64,000 bases of DNA from Candidatus Bathyarchaeota archaeon (GTDB lineage Archaea; Thermoproteota; Bathyarchaeia; Bathyarchaeales; Bathycorpusculaceae), in the NCBI GenBank assembly GCA_963777155.1, contig CAVZPM010000035.1, forward strand, positions 1 to 64,000, in the 5' to 3' direction. Below, piece by piece: positions 1 through 8,757 of the stretch (position 1 is the first letter of the stretch; each line of letters starts with the position of its first letter). The notes under the pieces were generated by a model. The model did no database searches. It saw only the letters and a program-made list of their open reading frames with translations, and was not told the DNA's origin. A program made the translations under genes and the position numbers.

Positions 1-1
1 G

Positions 2-139
2 AAAATGTCAGCGTCAACAATTCAGTTAACTTTGATAAAAAAAGACGGCAAAACCATAGATTCTACCATGATTTTGGTTCCAATGTCATTCGAAGGACAT
101 ATGTTTGCAGTTCACTTCTTAACCAGTATCGACACATAA
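2..139 (+). CDS. C-terminal fragment of a probable PAS-domain protein (truncated by window edge)
   Basis: Frame 2 reads ..IQLTLIKKDGKTIDSTMILVPMSFEGHMFAVHFLTSIDT*, resembling a PAC motif; TAA at 137-139. Confidence 0.45.
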   Translation, partial: KMSASTIQLTLIKKDGKTIDSTMILVPMSFEGHMFAVHFLTSIDT

Positions 140-244
140 AAGAAGCTTTCAATAGTTTAGAGCACTAATTTGATTTCTGGAGGATTTGCACTCATTCTAA
201 AGTGGAGAGGTCACTTGCATTTCCTTTTTTGTTTCAGATAAAGT

Positions 245-270
245 TGGTGCAGGGGATGGGATTTGAACCC
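245..270 (-). repeat. att-like duplicate of the tRNA-Leu 3' end
   Basis: tggtgcaggggatgggatttgaaccc matches 2781-2806 at 25/26 nt, same orientation. Confidence 0.85.
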
Positions 271-380
271 CAATCAGATGGAGATGTCGCCCGCATGTCC
301 CTATTTTTTTTACTTAAAGCCCACTCATGAATAGAAATAAAAGAAAAAAATAGGAAAAGGAAAATGGAATCTTGATTTGT

Positions 381-545
381 TTAAACTTTCTTCTTGTCTA
401 AGACTTCTCGGAAAGATTTACCACAGCATTCATAGAGACCTATGGTAAGTTCTGTCCGCTTTCCTTTTTTATCTGGTTTTCCAGCCATCTTCCAAGTTTT
501 CTTTGCTGTTTTAACGTCTTTTCCACATTTTGGGCATTTTGCCAT
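381..545 (-). CDS. Cren7-like small chromatin protein (54 aa, Cys-containing type)
   Basis: MAKCPKCGKDVKTAKKTWKMAGKPDKKGKRTELTIGLYECCGKSFREVLDKKKV; KxW, IGLY and GKxFR match the Cren7 pattern; below the ORF-track size cutoff. Confidence 0.8.
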   Translation of the reverse strand: MAKCPKCGKDVKTAKKTWKMAGKPDKKGKRTELTIGLYECCGKSFREVLDKKKV

Positions 546-671
546 AATTATTCCCTTGATGCCTCTGTATCACATATGTGGTAATAAAACACTTTCTAAC
601 ATCGAGGAATATACACAGGATTTGAACCTTTGGACAAATGAGATGTCTCCTTCTTTTTCTGACATCCAACA

Positions 672-1034
672 TTAAACTGATTGGGTTATTCTTTGCTTTC
701 TGTTGTTTATATCAGTGAAGTATTGTGGAAACTTTTCTAGCCAAGTCTTGTATGACCCTGCTACTGAAACTTCTGTAGTGCATAGAAAATCAGCGATTTC
801 CTTCTGTGTCTTTACCGATTTAAACCTGAATCCAAGAATGTAGAATAGACCGCCGAGTATGCATTTAGGCGCTTTTCCGCAGAAAAATATTGGATTAAGT
901 TTTGAAGTTTCATCAAGAATATGCAGCGCATTTGCGGCGATGCCATCAGCGATTTCCTCTTCTACCCAAACTGCTCTTGCCGCCAACATAATTTTTTCGC
1001 AGTTTATTCGATAGAATATATTCGTTAAAGACAC
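672..1034 (-). CDS. Stand-alone TFB/TFIIB C-terminal cyclin-repeat protein
   Basis: GKAPKCILGGLFYI...KTQKEIADFLCTTEVSV resembles TFB repeat 2 and its HTH (GKxP..AAALY..RTQxEIA..VTEVT). Confidence 0.7.
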   Translation of the reverse strand: MSLTNIFYRINCEKIMLAARAVWVEEEIADGIAANALHILDETSKLNPIFFCGKAPKCILGGLFYILGFRFKSVKTQKEIADFLCTTEVSVAGSYKTWLEKFPQYFTDINNRKQRITQSV

Positions 1035-1267
1035 CCTCCAATTAGTATCATCTCAATGCAGAATGAATGGTTAAGTTAGTGTACGTAATTTTAAAGACAA
1101 GTTTGCGCCCTATCAAAATGAAAAAGTTAAACCCGTAATGTTCAGGAACAAAATAAAATCTCTTGGAGCAGATGATAAAACTAATATCTATAGTACAATG
1201 ATGGGTTTTTGGGAAAAACATGATTAAACAGAAAGTAAGGAAGAGCTAGTGGTAGTTTGAGAAGGCA

Positions 1268-1295
1268 AGAGAGAGAAAGATTAAATTTTTAATCC
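1268..1295 (+). repeat. Inverted repeat copy 1 (pairs with 2627-2653)
   Basis: agagagagaaagattaaatttttaatcc versus reverse complement of 2627-2653, agagagagaaagattaaaatttaatcc. Confidence 0.6.
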
Positions 1296-1558
1296 CCCGC
1301 CGTCGCAGGAAGGAGCTATTGCTTAACACTGTAGAATTGAGGGCTTGGCAAACCAACAAAACATTCAGGAAAGAGAGAGAAGTGAATTGTTGATTCACCA
1401 AGCGACAGGTTCCACGTTAACCTATCAAAGATAAAAGAAAATGTGGTAACACCTAAGCAACAACAGACCTATCCACTTTTACTTTCCTCCACTGCCCCAC
1501 GGAGTTGTTTCAACAAATCGTCTTTTATGTTGGTAGAAAAACACTGATTGGCCATTTC

Positions 1559-1741
1559 TTACCAAATCATACTAAAGATTTCTTCCTTGCTATATCGTCT
1601 ATCAGGATGCTTTGTTCTGAAGTGATGACTAGCATGGTCCACGATGTCTTCTTCACCACAAGGTGACTTAATCATCCAGCCACAAACTGGGCAAGTGAAA
1701 GATTTCACTATTATTTTCGAAGTTAAATTATCTGTTTCCAA
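1559..1741 (-). CDS. Small metal-binding protein, DUF1059-like
   Basis: FTCPVCGW...EEDIVDHASHHFRTKH; GGTGA SD before TTG. Confidence 0.6.
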   Translation of the reverse strand: METDNLTSKIIVKSFTCPVCGWMIKSPCGEEDIVDHASHHFRTKHPDRRYSKEEIFSMIW

Positions 1742-1869
1742 TCAATCACCTACCTCTTCGTTGTTAGGGTTTGATTGTTCTTTAGCCGTAAAGACACCTC
1801 TTGTTCAGAGGCTAATTGTTTCTTAGGTTGTCTACTCTTTAAAAGTCTTGCGAGGAGTTAGATTTTCTC

Positions 1870-2007
1870 TCATTTGTGACCGTGTTTTTGTTCTGAACGC
1901 TTCAATCGTTCTTCAAGTCTTCTATTCCGTTCTTTCTTCTCAAGCCCAGACAATGGTGCCAACGCAAGTGCAGTGAGACCCCGCTCAAATTTTTTTAATG
2001 AATTCAC
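1870..2007 (-). CDS. Hypothetical 45-aa basic protein
   Basis: GTG-start ORF MNSLKKFERGLTALALAPLSGLEKKERNRRLEERLKRSEQKHGHK with GAGG upstream. Confidence 0.35.
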   Translation of the reverse strand: MNSLKKFERGLTALALAPLSGLEKKERNRRLEERLKRSEQKHGHK

Positions 2008-2134
2008 GAAACAATGCGCCTCTGGATTATCGTACGATTTAATATTTTAAGAGTGGAAAAGCCGAAATATAAACATATCGTGCATCGTAATATTCGCGTA
2101 CGCCACAGGCATTAGGAGAAGCTTAAGTTTCACA

Positions 2135-2482
2135 TTAAATATTCTTCTTGGTGGGCGATAAAGAAGTCTCCATGTCTTTCATGAAAACCGCCCAAATTTG
2201 TCCAATCGTATCAGCAAACTTGCGGTGAACTTTGTACAAAGTTTTGAAATACAGTTTGGTTGCATGTTCGTATTCTGTCTGTGCCATTTTCTCTCCATGT
2301 TCAGGCAAGCATAATTTGTATGCTTCATCTATTGCCAAGTCAAGAGCCTTCTTTGCTTCCTTAACTACCATGTTGCCTTGGGTGTAAATGTCCCATGCTT
2401 CTTTAACTCCATCACGATAAGCCCTTCTTGCTTCTCTTACTTTCTCTTCGTCTTTGGTCAGCGTCTTTCTTTCAGTAATCAA
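2135..2482 (-). CDS. Hypothetical helical protein
   Basis: ORF 2135..2569 in track; likely start TTG at 2482 after GGGGA. Confidence 0.55.
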   Translation of the reverse strand: MITERKTLTKDEEKVREARRAYRDGVKEAWDIYTQGNMVVKEAKKALDLAIDEAYKLCLPEHGEKMAQTEYEHATKLYFKTLYKVHRKFADTIGQIWAVFMKDMETSLSPTKKNI

Positions 2483-2626
2483 ATGTCCCCAACTTATACT
2501 AACTTCGATTCTGAAGAATTGCTTTGCGTTCATATTTCTAACCACCCTACAATTAGAGAGCAGCAGCAAAATAAGCTTGTTCTCAAAGGGTGGAGATGCC
2601 TCCGCAAATCTTCCCTTTTTTTGGTT

Positions 2627-2653
2627 GGATTAAATTTTAATCTTTCTCTCTCT
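2627..2653 (-). repeat. Inverted repeat copy 2 (pairs with 1268-1295)
   Basis: See 1268-1295; contains internal palindrome gattaaa..tttaatc. Confidence 0.6.
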
Positions 2654-2780
2654 GATTTTTTTCAATAATTCTTTTAAGCAACTTTAAGCAGGTGGAATCT
2701 TAGTGACCCACAAATGATTAATGAAAATAAAAACAATACTCAAATTTTAAATAATATAAAAGACCCCTGTGAGCCAGTCG

Positions 2781-2868
2781 TGGTGCAGGGGGTGGGATTT
2801 GAACCCACGAACCTCTGAAGGATAGGCTCCTGAAGCCTACGCCTTTGACCATGCTCGGCGACCCCTGC
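2781..2868 (-). tRNA. tRNA-Leu (anticodon CAG), CCA encoded
   Basis: GCAGGGG/CCCCTGC acceptor stem, TAGGC-TTCAGGA-GCCTA anticodon arm, long variable arm, GGTTCAAATCC T-loop, 3' ACCA. Confidence 0.97.
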
Positions 2869-3011
2869 GAAAAAAGGGCATCTCGTTATCCAAATTGCCT
2901 TTAGTGATAAATACATTACCCACGTACTACGTTATGCTACTAGCTGCTTAATCCTTATTTTAATCTCGTCCCGAATTTGCCATACTTTTTTGCGAGTTTT
3001 ACCTTTTGGAT

Positions 3012-3302
3012 CTATGACAACGCATCTTCTTGGAGTTCTTTAATAGTTTTTTGGGTTTCTTCTTCTGATGGATGAGATATTGCGCCAACTGGACAGATGT
3101 CTTCACATCCCCTGCAGAATACAACGCATTTGTTTGAGTTCACGGTGATTCTTCTTTTCCCGCAATTGCACTCTTCAGATTTGAAGGCGTTCATGTGGCA
3201 AAAGTCAACGCATTTTCCACAGGACTCACATTTTTTATAATCTATCTTTGGGTCCCAAAGTATTTTTACTCTGGGAATCCCTTCGTATTTGTCTTCAGGT
3301 AT
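3012..3302 (-). CDS. 2x[4Fe-4S] ferredoxin
   Basis: Frame open upstream of track ORF: IPEDKYEGIPR..IDYKKCESCGKCVDFCHM...CVVFCRGCEDICPVGAI; apparent ATA start after AGGTGA. Confidence 0.85.
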   Translation of the reverse strand: MPEDKYEGIPRVKILWDPKIDYKKCESCGKCVDFCHMNAFKSEECNCGKRRITVNSNKCVVFCRGCEDICPVGAISHPSEEETQKTIKELQEDALS

Positions 3303-3391
3303 TCAGATCACCTTTAGTTTTCTAAAACGAGTAAACATTAGTTTCCCTTAAATTTATTATTATGAATGTTGTATATGTTGCGGGGTTACCT

Positions 3392-3496
3392 ATGGAAAAG
3401 AAATGTCCCGTATGCAAGAAACCATACACTACCTTTAACGCTAAATCAAAGTACTGTAGTGATGCATGCGCAAAAAAAGCAGGCAAATCAAAATAG
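3392..3496 (+). CDS. 34-aa zinc-finger microprotein (CxxC..YCSxxC)
   Basis: MEKKCPVCKKPYTTFNAKSKYCSDACAKKAGKSK*, GGGG upstream of ATG. Confidence 0.7.
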   Translation: MEKKCPVCKKPYTTFNAKSKYCSDACAKKAGKSK

Positions 3497-3580
3497 AAAA
3501 AGATCTCATTACAGCCCAGTAGTTCATCAATAGAGCGTTAGCTACTTTAGGCACTCTGCGTCTTTCTAGGAGAAAATTGT

Positions 3581-3751
3581 TTAGACGGCTGTTACTTTGC
3601 GAAGTTCACTTTTCTCAAGGTCTAGGCAGTCATCGCAAAGATCAGAGGTTGGTCTAACGTCGCGTTTACGTTGAACGACTTGGGGATATTGTCTGCATTT
3701 TTTGTTCCAGTGCCAGCGGTCAGGTTCAGGTCCCTTAACATAATCACCCAA
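3581..3751 (-). CDS. Small putative metal-binding protein (56 aa)
   Basis: TTG start after GAGGA; WHWNKKC...LCDDCL. Confidence 0.6.
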   Translation of the reverse strand: MGDYVKGPEPDRWHWNKKCRQYPQVVQRKRDVRPTSDLCDDCLDLEKSELRKVTAV

Positions 3752-3861
3752 TCTAAAGTCCTCAATAGAACTATAGTGGGACCAAATATTTCTAACTTGT
3801 GTGTCTCCCTCAAAGAATCCGCGGACACACCCAATCATTTCCGCGATTGCGAGAAGCGACA

Positions 3862-4135
3862 ACTAGAACGCTCATCACCCATAACCGAAGAGAAGGATCG
3901 CTTGACTAAAAAAGGCGAAAACTGGTTTGATGTTTCTTTCTGGATTCTAACATCCACAAGCACCATAAAAACTGCCACAACCAATAGGTTTTGCTCCACA
4001 ACCATGTTGAAAAAACCCTCCCACAACCACTACTTCTACCAAACAAACCCAAATCCACAACCCAAACCCAAAACAAACCTAAAAAAACAATTAGAATAAA
4101 GGCTTTTGCACACAAAACTCCTACAACAACCAAAA
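3862..4135. repeat. Dispersed non-coding repeat, copy A
   Basis: 4038-4114 aligns ungapped to 36914-36990 at 60/77 by manual count; further shared blocks aaccgaa(g)agaagg, aataggt, acaacaaccaaaa. Confidence 0.65.
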
Positions 4136-4202
4136 CAAAAACAAAAAGAGTGCATTAACGCAAATTAATCAAATACCAAACCAAAGTCTAAGGGTTGACT
4201 GG

Positions 4203-6656
4203 CTATTTGCGTTTTAGCATGTTTTCAAGGATTGGTTTGAGTTTTGCGTTCTCTGCTTGGATTTTCTCTTTTCCCAGGGTTTTCATGTCGGCATCTATTT
4301 CTTTGATGACTTCGGCGTAGTGGATGCCTTCCGCTGCTGAAACATATTCTACTCTAAACCGCTCAGGACTCATACCGAGTTTGGTTAGCATGCCTTTTAG
4401 GGCGTCGGTTCTTGCTTTCATCTTATAGTTTCCGCTTATGTAGTGGCAGTCATATGGTAAATGACATGCTCCAAGAAGAACCATGCCTGCGCCAAGCCTG
4501 AGTGCTTCAAGAACAAATTCCCTTGCGACTCTGCCGCTACACATAACTCGGATAGCTCTTACACTTGCTGGATAGTCACATCGGCTAATGCCTGCAAGGT
4601 CTGCGCCTGCGTAGCTGCACCAATTGCAGAGTATAGCGAGGATTTTTTCTTCCGGTTTGTCTTCAAGTGCAGCGCGGATTTGTGCCATGATTTGTGCGTC
4701 GGTAAAGTGCATTTGTGTGATTGCATGTTGTGGGCATTCGGCAACGCATGTTCCGCATCCGTGACAGCTAGCCGTGATTATTTGGGCTGGTTTGCCTGGT
4801 TCTTGTCTTATGGCACCGTATGGGCATTTGTTGACGCATACTCCGCATTTCTTGCATTTAGCTTCGTCGATGACAGAGATGATTGGTTCAATTTTCCATT
4901 TGGGTTTGCTGATAACCGTGGCTGCTCTTGAGGCGGCGCCGCTTCCTTGGGAAACACACGCAGGAATATCCTTTAAGCCTGCACATGCGCCAGCGTAGAA
5001 CACTCCGTCAGTTGGCGCATCCATGGGTTTGAGTTTTGGGTGAGCTTCCATAAAGAAGCCGTCTGAGCCCCGTGAGAGGTTAAGTATGCGTGCGACTTCG
5101 TCTGAGCCTTTTTTGGGTATAGCTGCAGTCGCTAGGACAACCATGTCGGCGTCCACTTCGATGGGCATTCCAAGCAGTGAATCTTCAGAGTGAACGGTTA
5201 GATTGTGGGTTTTTGGGTCCTCGTCGATTCGGCTTACGCGCCCACGGATGAAGTTTACGCCTCTTTCCCGTGCACGGTCATAGAATTCTTCGTAACCCTT
5301 ACCTGGGCTACGTATGTCCATGTAGAAAACGTAGACTTCTATGTCCTCTTTATATTTCTCTTTGAGTTGAACCACATGTTTGAGCGTGTACATGCAACCG
5401 AAATTACAGCAGTACGGGTAGTGGGTTTTGTCTCGGCTACCAACACATTGAATGAAGGCGATTTTATGTGGTTTTTGTCCGTCGGATTGGCGGATGACTT
5501 TGCCGCCTGTAGGACCTGCTGCGAGAATTAATCGTTCGAACTCCATACTTGTGATAACGTTGGGGTATTTCCCGTAGCCAAGTAGCGGCATATCGTACGG
5601 CAGGTAAATGTCAAAACCAGTGGAGACTATGATCGCTCCAACGTCAAAATCCACTTCCTCTGCTTTCTGGTTAAAGTCTATAGCTTGTCGTTCACCGCAG
5701 ACTTCAGTGCATTTGAAGCATTCAATACAGTAATCTCTGTTGATAGAGTAAATCAACGGCACAGTCTGGTCGAAAGGCACAGAGATAGCTTTACGAGTGC
5801 CAAGGTTCATATCCCATTCGTTAGGGTACTCGATTGGACAAGCATCTTTGCATTCCCCGCAGCCCGTGCATTTGTCTGTGAGAACGTAACGTGGGTTTTT
5901 GCGGATTTTTACCTTGAAGTTGCCGATGTAGCCGTCTGCTCTGACTAATTCGGAGTTTGCGAAGATTGTGATGTTTGGGTGACGTGCGCAATCAACCATT
6001 TTTGGTCCTTCAATGCAGATGCTGCAGTCCAAGGTGGGAAAGGTCTTGTCGAGGGCTGCCATGTGACCGCCGATGCTTTGGGTGTTTTCAAGCATGTATA
6101 CTTTGAAGCCTTGCTCTGCCAAGTCCAAGGCTGCATTCATGCCTGCGATGCCTCCGCCGATGATTAACGCTTTGTTGGTGACTGGAACCTCGATGGTTTG
6201 TAGGGGCTGCATTAATCGTACTTTTGCCACCGCCATACGGACCGAGTCTTTGGCGCGTTCTGTTGCAGCTGCTGGGTCGCTTTGGTGGCACCAGGAGGCG
6301 AATTCACGGATGTTTGCCATTTCATAGAGGAAAGGGTTTAAGCCTGCTTCTGAGACGGTGCGTCTGAAAGTGGGTTCATGCATTCTGGGTGAGCATGCAG
6401 CGATGACTACACGGTTTAGTTTCTGTTCACGTATGGCTTTGCGGATTTCTTCCTGTCCAGGATCCGCGCAGGTGTAGCGGTTTTCTTTCACGAAGACAAC
6501 GTCAGGGATTGTTCTTGCGTATTCAGCTACAGCTTTAACGTCAACTGTGCCTGCAATGTTTAATCCACAGTGGCAGACGAAAACGCCGACTCGCAACTGT
6601 TCAGGTTTACAAGCGGCACATTCAGTTTGTTGGGATGTGGTTTGTGAGTTACTCAC
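4203..6656 (-). CDS. hdrA: Heterodisulfide reductase subunit A fused to C-terminal MvhD domain
   Basis: VGVFVCHCG, ACSPRMHE, GGGIAG FAD motif, DKTFPTLDCSICI, QCVGSRD; C-terminal CNWCSYAGAD..RVMCSGRV..CHY (MvhD). Confidence 0.95.
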   Translation of the reverse strand: MSNSQTTSQQTECAACKPEQLRVGVFVCHCGLNIAGTVDVKAVAEYARTIPDVVFVKENRYTCADPGQEEIRKAIREQKLNRVVIAACSPRMHEPTFRRTVSEAGLNPFLYEMANIREFASWCHQSDPAAATERAKDSVRMAVAKVRLMQPLQTIEVPVTNKALIIGGGIAGMNAALDLAEQGFKVYMLENTQSIGGHMAALDKTFPTLDCSICIEGPKMVDCARHPNITIFANSELVRADGYIGNFKVKIRKNPRYVLTDKCTGCGECKDACPIEYPNEWDMNLGTRKAISVPFDQTVPLIYSINRDYCIECFKCTEVCGERQAIDFNQKAEEVDFDVGAIIVSTGFDIYLPYDMPLLGYGKYPNVITSMEFERLILAAGPTGGKVIRQSDGQKPHKIAFIQCVGSRDKTHYPYCCNFGCMYTLKHVVQLKEKYKEDIEVYVFYMDIRSPGKGYEEFYDRARERGVNFIRGRVSRIDEDPKTHNLTVHSEDSLLGMPIEVDADMVVLATAAIPKKGSDEVARILNLSRGSDGFFMEAHPKLKPMDAPTDGVFYAGACAGLKDIPACVSQGSGAASRAATVISKPKWKIEPIISVIDEAKCKKCGVCVNKCPYGAIRQEPGKPAQIITASCHGCGTCVAECPQHAITQMHFTDAQIMAQIRAALEDKPEEKILAILCNWCSYAGADLAGISRCDYPASVRAIRVMCSGRVAREFVLEALRLGAGMVLLGACHLPYDCHYISGNYKMKARTDALKGMLTKLGMSPERFRVEYVSAAEGIHYAEVIKEIDADMKTLGKEKIQAENAKLKPILENMLKRK

Positions 6657-7600
6657 GGGTAATCCTCCGTTTTCTTCTCTTCAGAGAGGAATCTTTTTTC
6701 TACGACTTGACGTCGGTTTTGGGCAGCCTGAGCTTTAAGTTCCTTGTTTGCGTCTGCTGGACTTGTTATTCGTTCTAAGGCTTTGTTCCAAGTGCCTGAA
6801 TGAATGGGAGTGTGGAGAACTTTTGTGCGTCTAACGCAGAGTGCTTCGTCTACTGGGCAGACGTTTTTGCATGCACCACAGAAAGTACAGAGAGATTCGT
6901 TAACGTGAACTTTCTCATCTTCCCCCAGAACAAGCACTCCCTTAATCGGACAAACATCTAGGCAGTCTGTGCAGCCTTCAGGGCATTTCTCTTGGTTTAT
7001 GGCTATTTTTCCTTCGAAGGCTTTTTTGACTTTCAACGCCCCAGGTATGCATTTAGATTCGCAGATCTTGCAGGTTGGGCAGTACTCTTTTTGGATGTCA
7101 AGACTAATTTGAACCCTCTTTTTCTCGTTCGGCGAGAGAGCTTGCACGTCTTGGACGGGGTTGCCGTCAAAGCCAACTTTGGAGATCTTAATGAGCGAAA
7201 GAGGGCATTCACTTTCGCATTTCGTACATTCTTTTTCACATTTGTGCGTATCTACAGAAATTTCACGGAGAAGCTGTGGATAGCTATCTTTTTCCAAAAT
7301 GGATAAGTCATGTTTACCATTTAGAGTTACTTTGACTGCGCCATATGGACAGGTGACATCACAGATTCCACAGAAATTGCATTTTGCCAAGTCAATGTCT
7401 ACTTTGGCTTTTTTTGCTTTTTCGCCAGGGAGTTTAGGCTGTTTTTGTGTTTTTATGGCTTCTTTGGGGCAAGCCACCCTGCATACTTGGCAGCCGACAC
7501 AGCGGTTTCTGTCAAGTGTTAACTTGTAATTCTTAACTTGTAAAATCCACTCTAAAGTTAAAGCGTCTGCCGCATCCTTTTTTATGGTTTGTAACGGCAT
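6653..7600 (-). CDS. Polyferredoxin, FwdF-like
   Basis: Multiple CxxCxxCxxxC motifs; stop overlaps hdrA start. Confidence 0.85.
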   Translation of the reverse strand: MPLQTIKKDAADALTLEWILQVKNYKLTLDRNRCVGCQVCRVACPKEAIKTQKQPKLPGEKAKKAKVDIDLAKCNFCGICDVTCPYGAVKVTLNGKHDLSILEKDSYPQLLREISVDTHKCEKECTKCESECPLSLIKISKVGFDGNPVQDVQALSPNEKKRVQISLDIQKEYCPTCKICESKCIPGALKVKKAFEGKIAINQEKCPEGCTDCLDVCPIKGVLVLGEDEKVHVNESLCTFCGACKNVCPVDEALCVRRTKVLHTPIHSGTWNKALERITSPADANKELKAQAAQNRRQVVEKRFLSEEKKTEDYP

Positions 7601-7792
7601 ATTTTATTCACCAGGAGTTTTTAAGACGTGGATTATAGTTCCGCGCTTACTCGAATAGTTAGTTGTTCAATGAAGTACTTTTGATATAAATATTGCTTGA
7701 AAAAACCAAAGTTCACAAGTAAAATGACCAGAAAACCAAATCAAGCGGTGATAACTAACCCCATAAAGAGGCTGGTTTTAAAGCTAAAATAT

Positions 7793-8476
7793 TCAAAACT
7801 TCAATTGCGCTATTTTGTTGGTTACGCAATCGTTCTTTTTAAAGACGGATGTTAGAACTTTTATTACTGCGATGCTGAATAGCACCAGGTAAAAAAGATG
7901 TGCCATTGCCAAAACTGGCTCTGAGAGAAGTAGTGAGTTGTTAAATGGGTAGCCGATTGTGCTGGGAAGCAGGACCGTAGCGATGGGGATAAACAGAATT
8001 AAATTTGTTTTGTTGTTGCTAAAAAAGACTTTCCAATCACCTGTTTTATACAAAACAAGAGTTGCTATAGCGAATAGGCTAACTTCAAGAACTATGTTTA
8101 ATGGGCTAAAGATAGAGAGGAAAGGACCCCCTAACTCGTGGAGCCCAAACTCGTTTGTTGAAAGAGGCCAAAATAGCTGCAGGCTTCCACCAACAAAGAA
8201 GTCTCCTATTAACGGATGAGAAATTAACGCTAAGAAGTACGGAATTGCCTTTTTGCGGAAAATAATGAAGATAGGTATGAAGACCAATGCTGCTACAATT
8301 ATTGAGTGGGTTGGTCCCCTGTGGATTTGTGATCCGGTTAAGAAGTCATAGATTATATCAATGTCTGGAAGTATGGAGAGAACCAGGAGTATGGGGATGT
8401 TAAGCTTAACGCGTAGGCCTTTTGATGATCCTTTACCTAGAAGGTACGCAATGGCCATGTGTCCGACAGCGAACAA
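7793..8476 (-). CDS. Membrane-bound metal-dependent hydrolase (YdjM-like)
   Basis: GH, LPDID, HRGPTHS, SHPLIGD motifs; TTG start after AGGAG. Confidence 0.85.
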   Translation of the reverse strand: MFAVGHMAIAYLLGKGSSKGLRVKLNIPILLVLSILPDIDIIYDFLTGSQIHRGPTHSIIVAALVFIPIFIIFRKKAIPYFLALISHPLIGDFFVGGSLQLFWPLSTNEFGLHELGGPFLSIFSPLNIVLEVSLFAIATLVLYKTGDWKVFFSNNKTNLILFIPIATVLLPSTIGYPFNNSLLLSEPVLAMAHLFYLVLFSIAVIKVLTSVFKKNDCVTNKIAQLKF

Positions 8477-8757
8477 GCGGTTTTCTCCTTTAGACTCAGA
8501 CATTTCAGATGGCTTAACTATTAAGCATATAGGTTAAAGCTAGGTTTAGGTGACCTTAGGCGCAACTACATGGGATAACAAATAACTCTGGATACATCTT
8601 AAAACCAAAAAATGCAGAGTAGGGAGCAATTAAAAAACTATGGAAAACCAGCCAGTAAAGCTCGAGGTTTAACAAGAATTTTCTCATGCTGCTAAACGTG
8701 TTTGGTCTTTGCAACCTTTAAATTCAACGTTTACAATAAGTTTGGCAGTGATTATTT

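Larger units (their letters stand above)
245..2806. mobile_element. Putative small tRNA-anchored integrated island (no integrase in window)
   Basis: Bounded by the tRNA 3' end and its 26-nt copy; low coding density with short ORFs. Confidence 0.5.

Noticed and set aside
1742-1789. ACG-start 15-aa ORF whose TGA is in frame with the downstream gene (read-through)
   Set aside because: The downstream TTG has its own GGTGA SD and nothing supports recoding
4203-6656. Selenocysteine in HdrA or MvhD
   Set aside because: ORF is uninterrupted with no in-frame TGA
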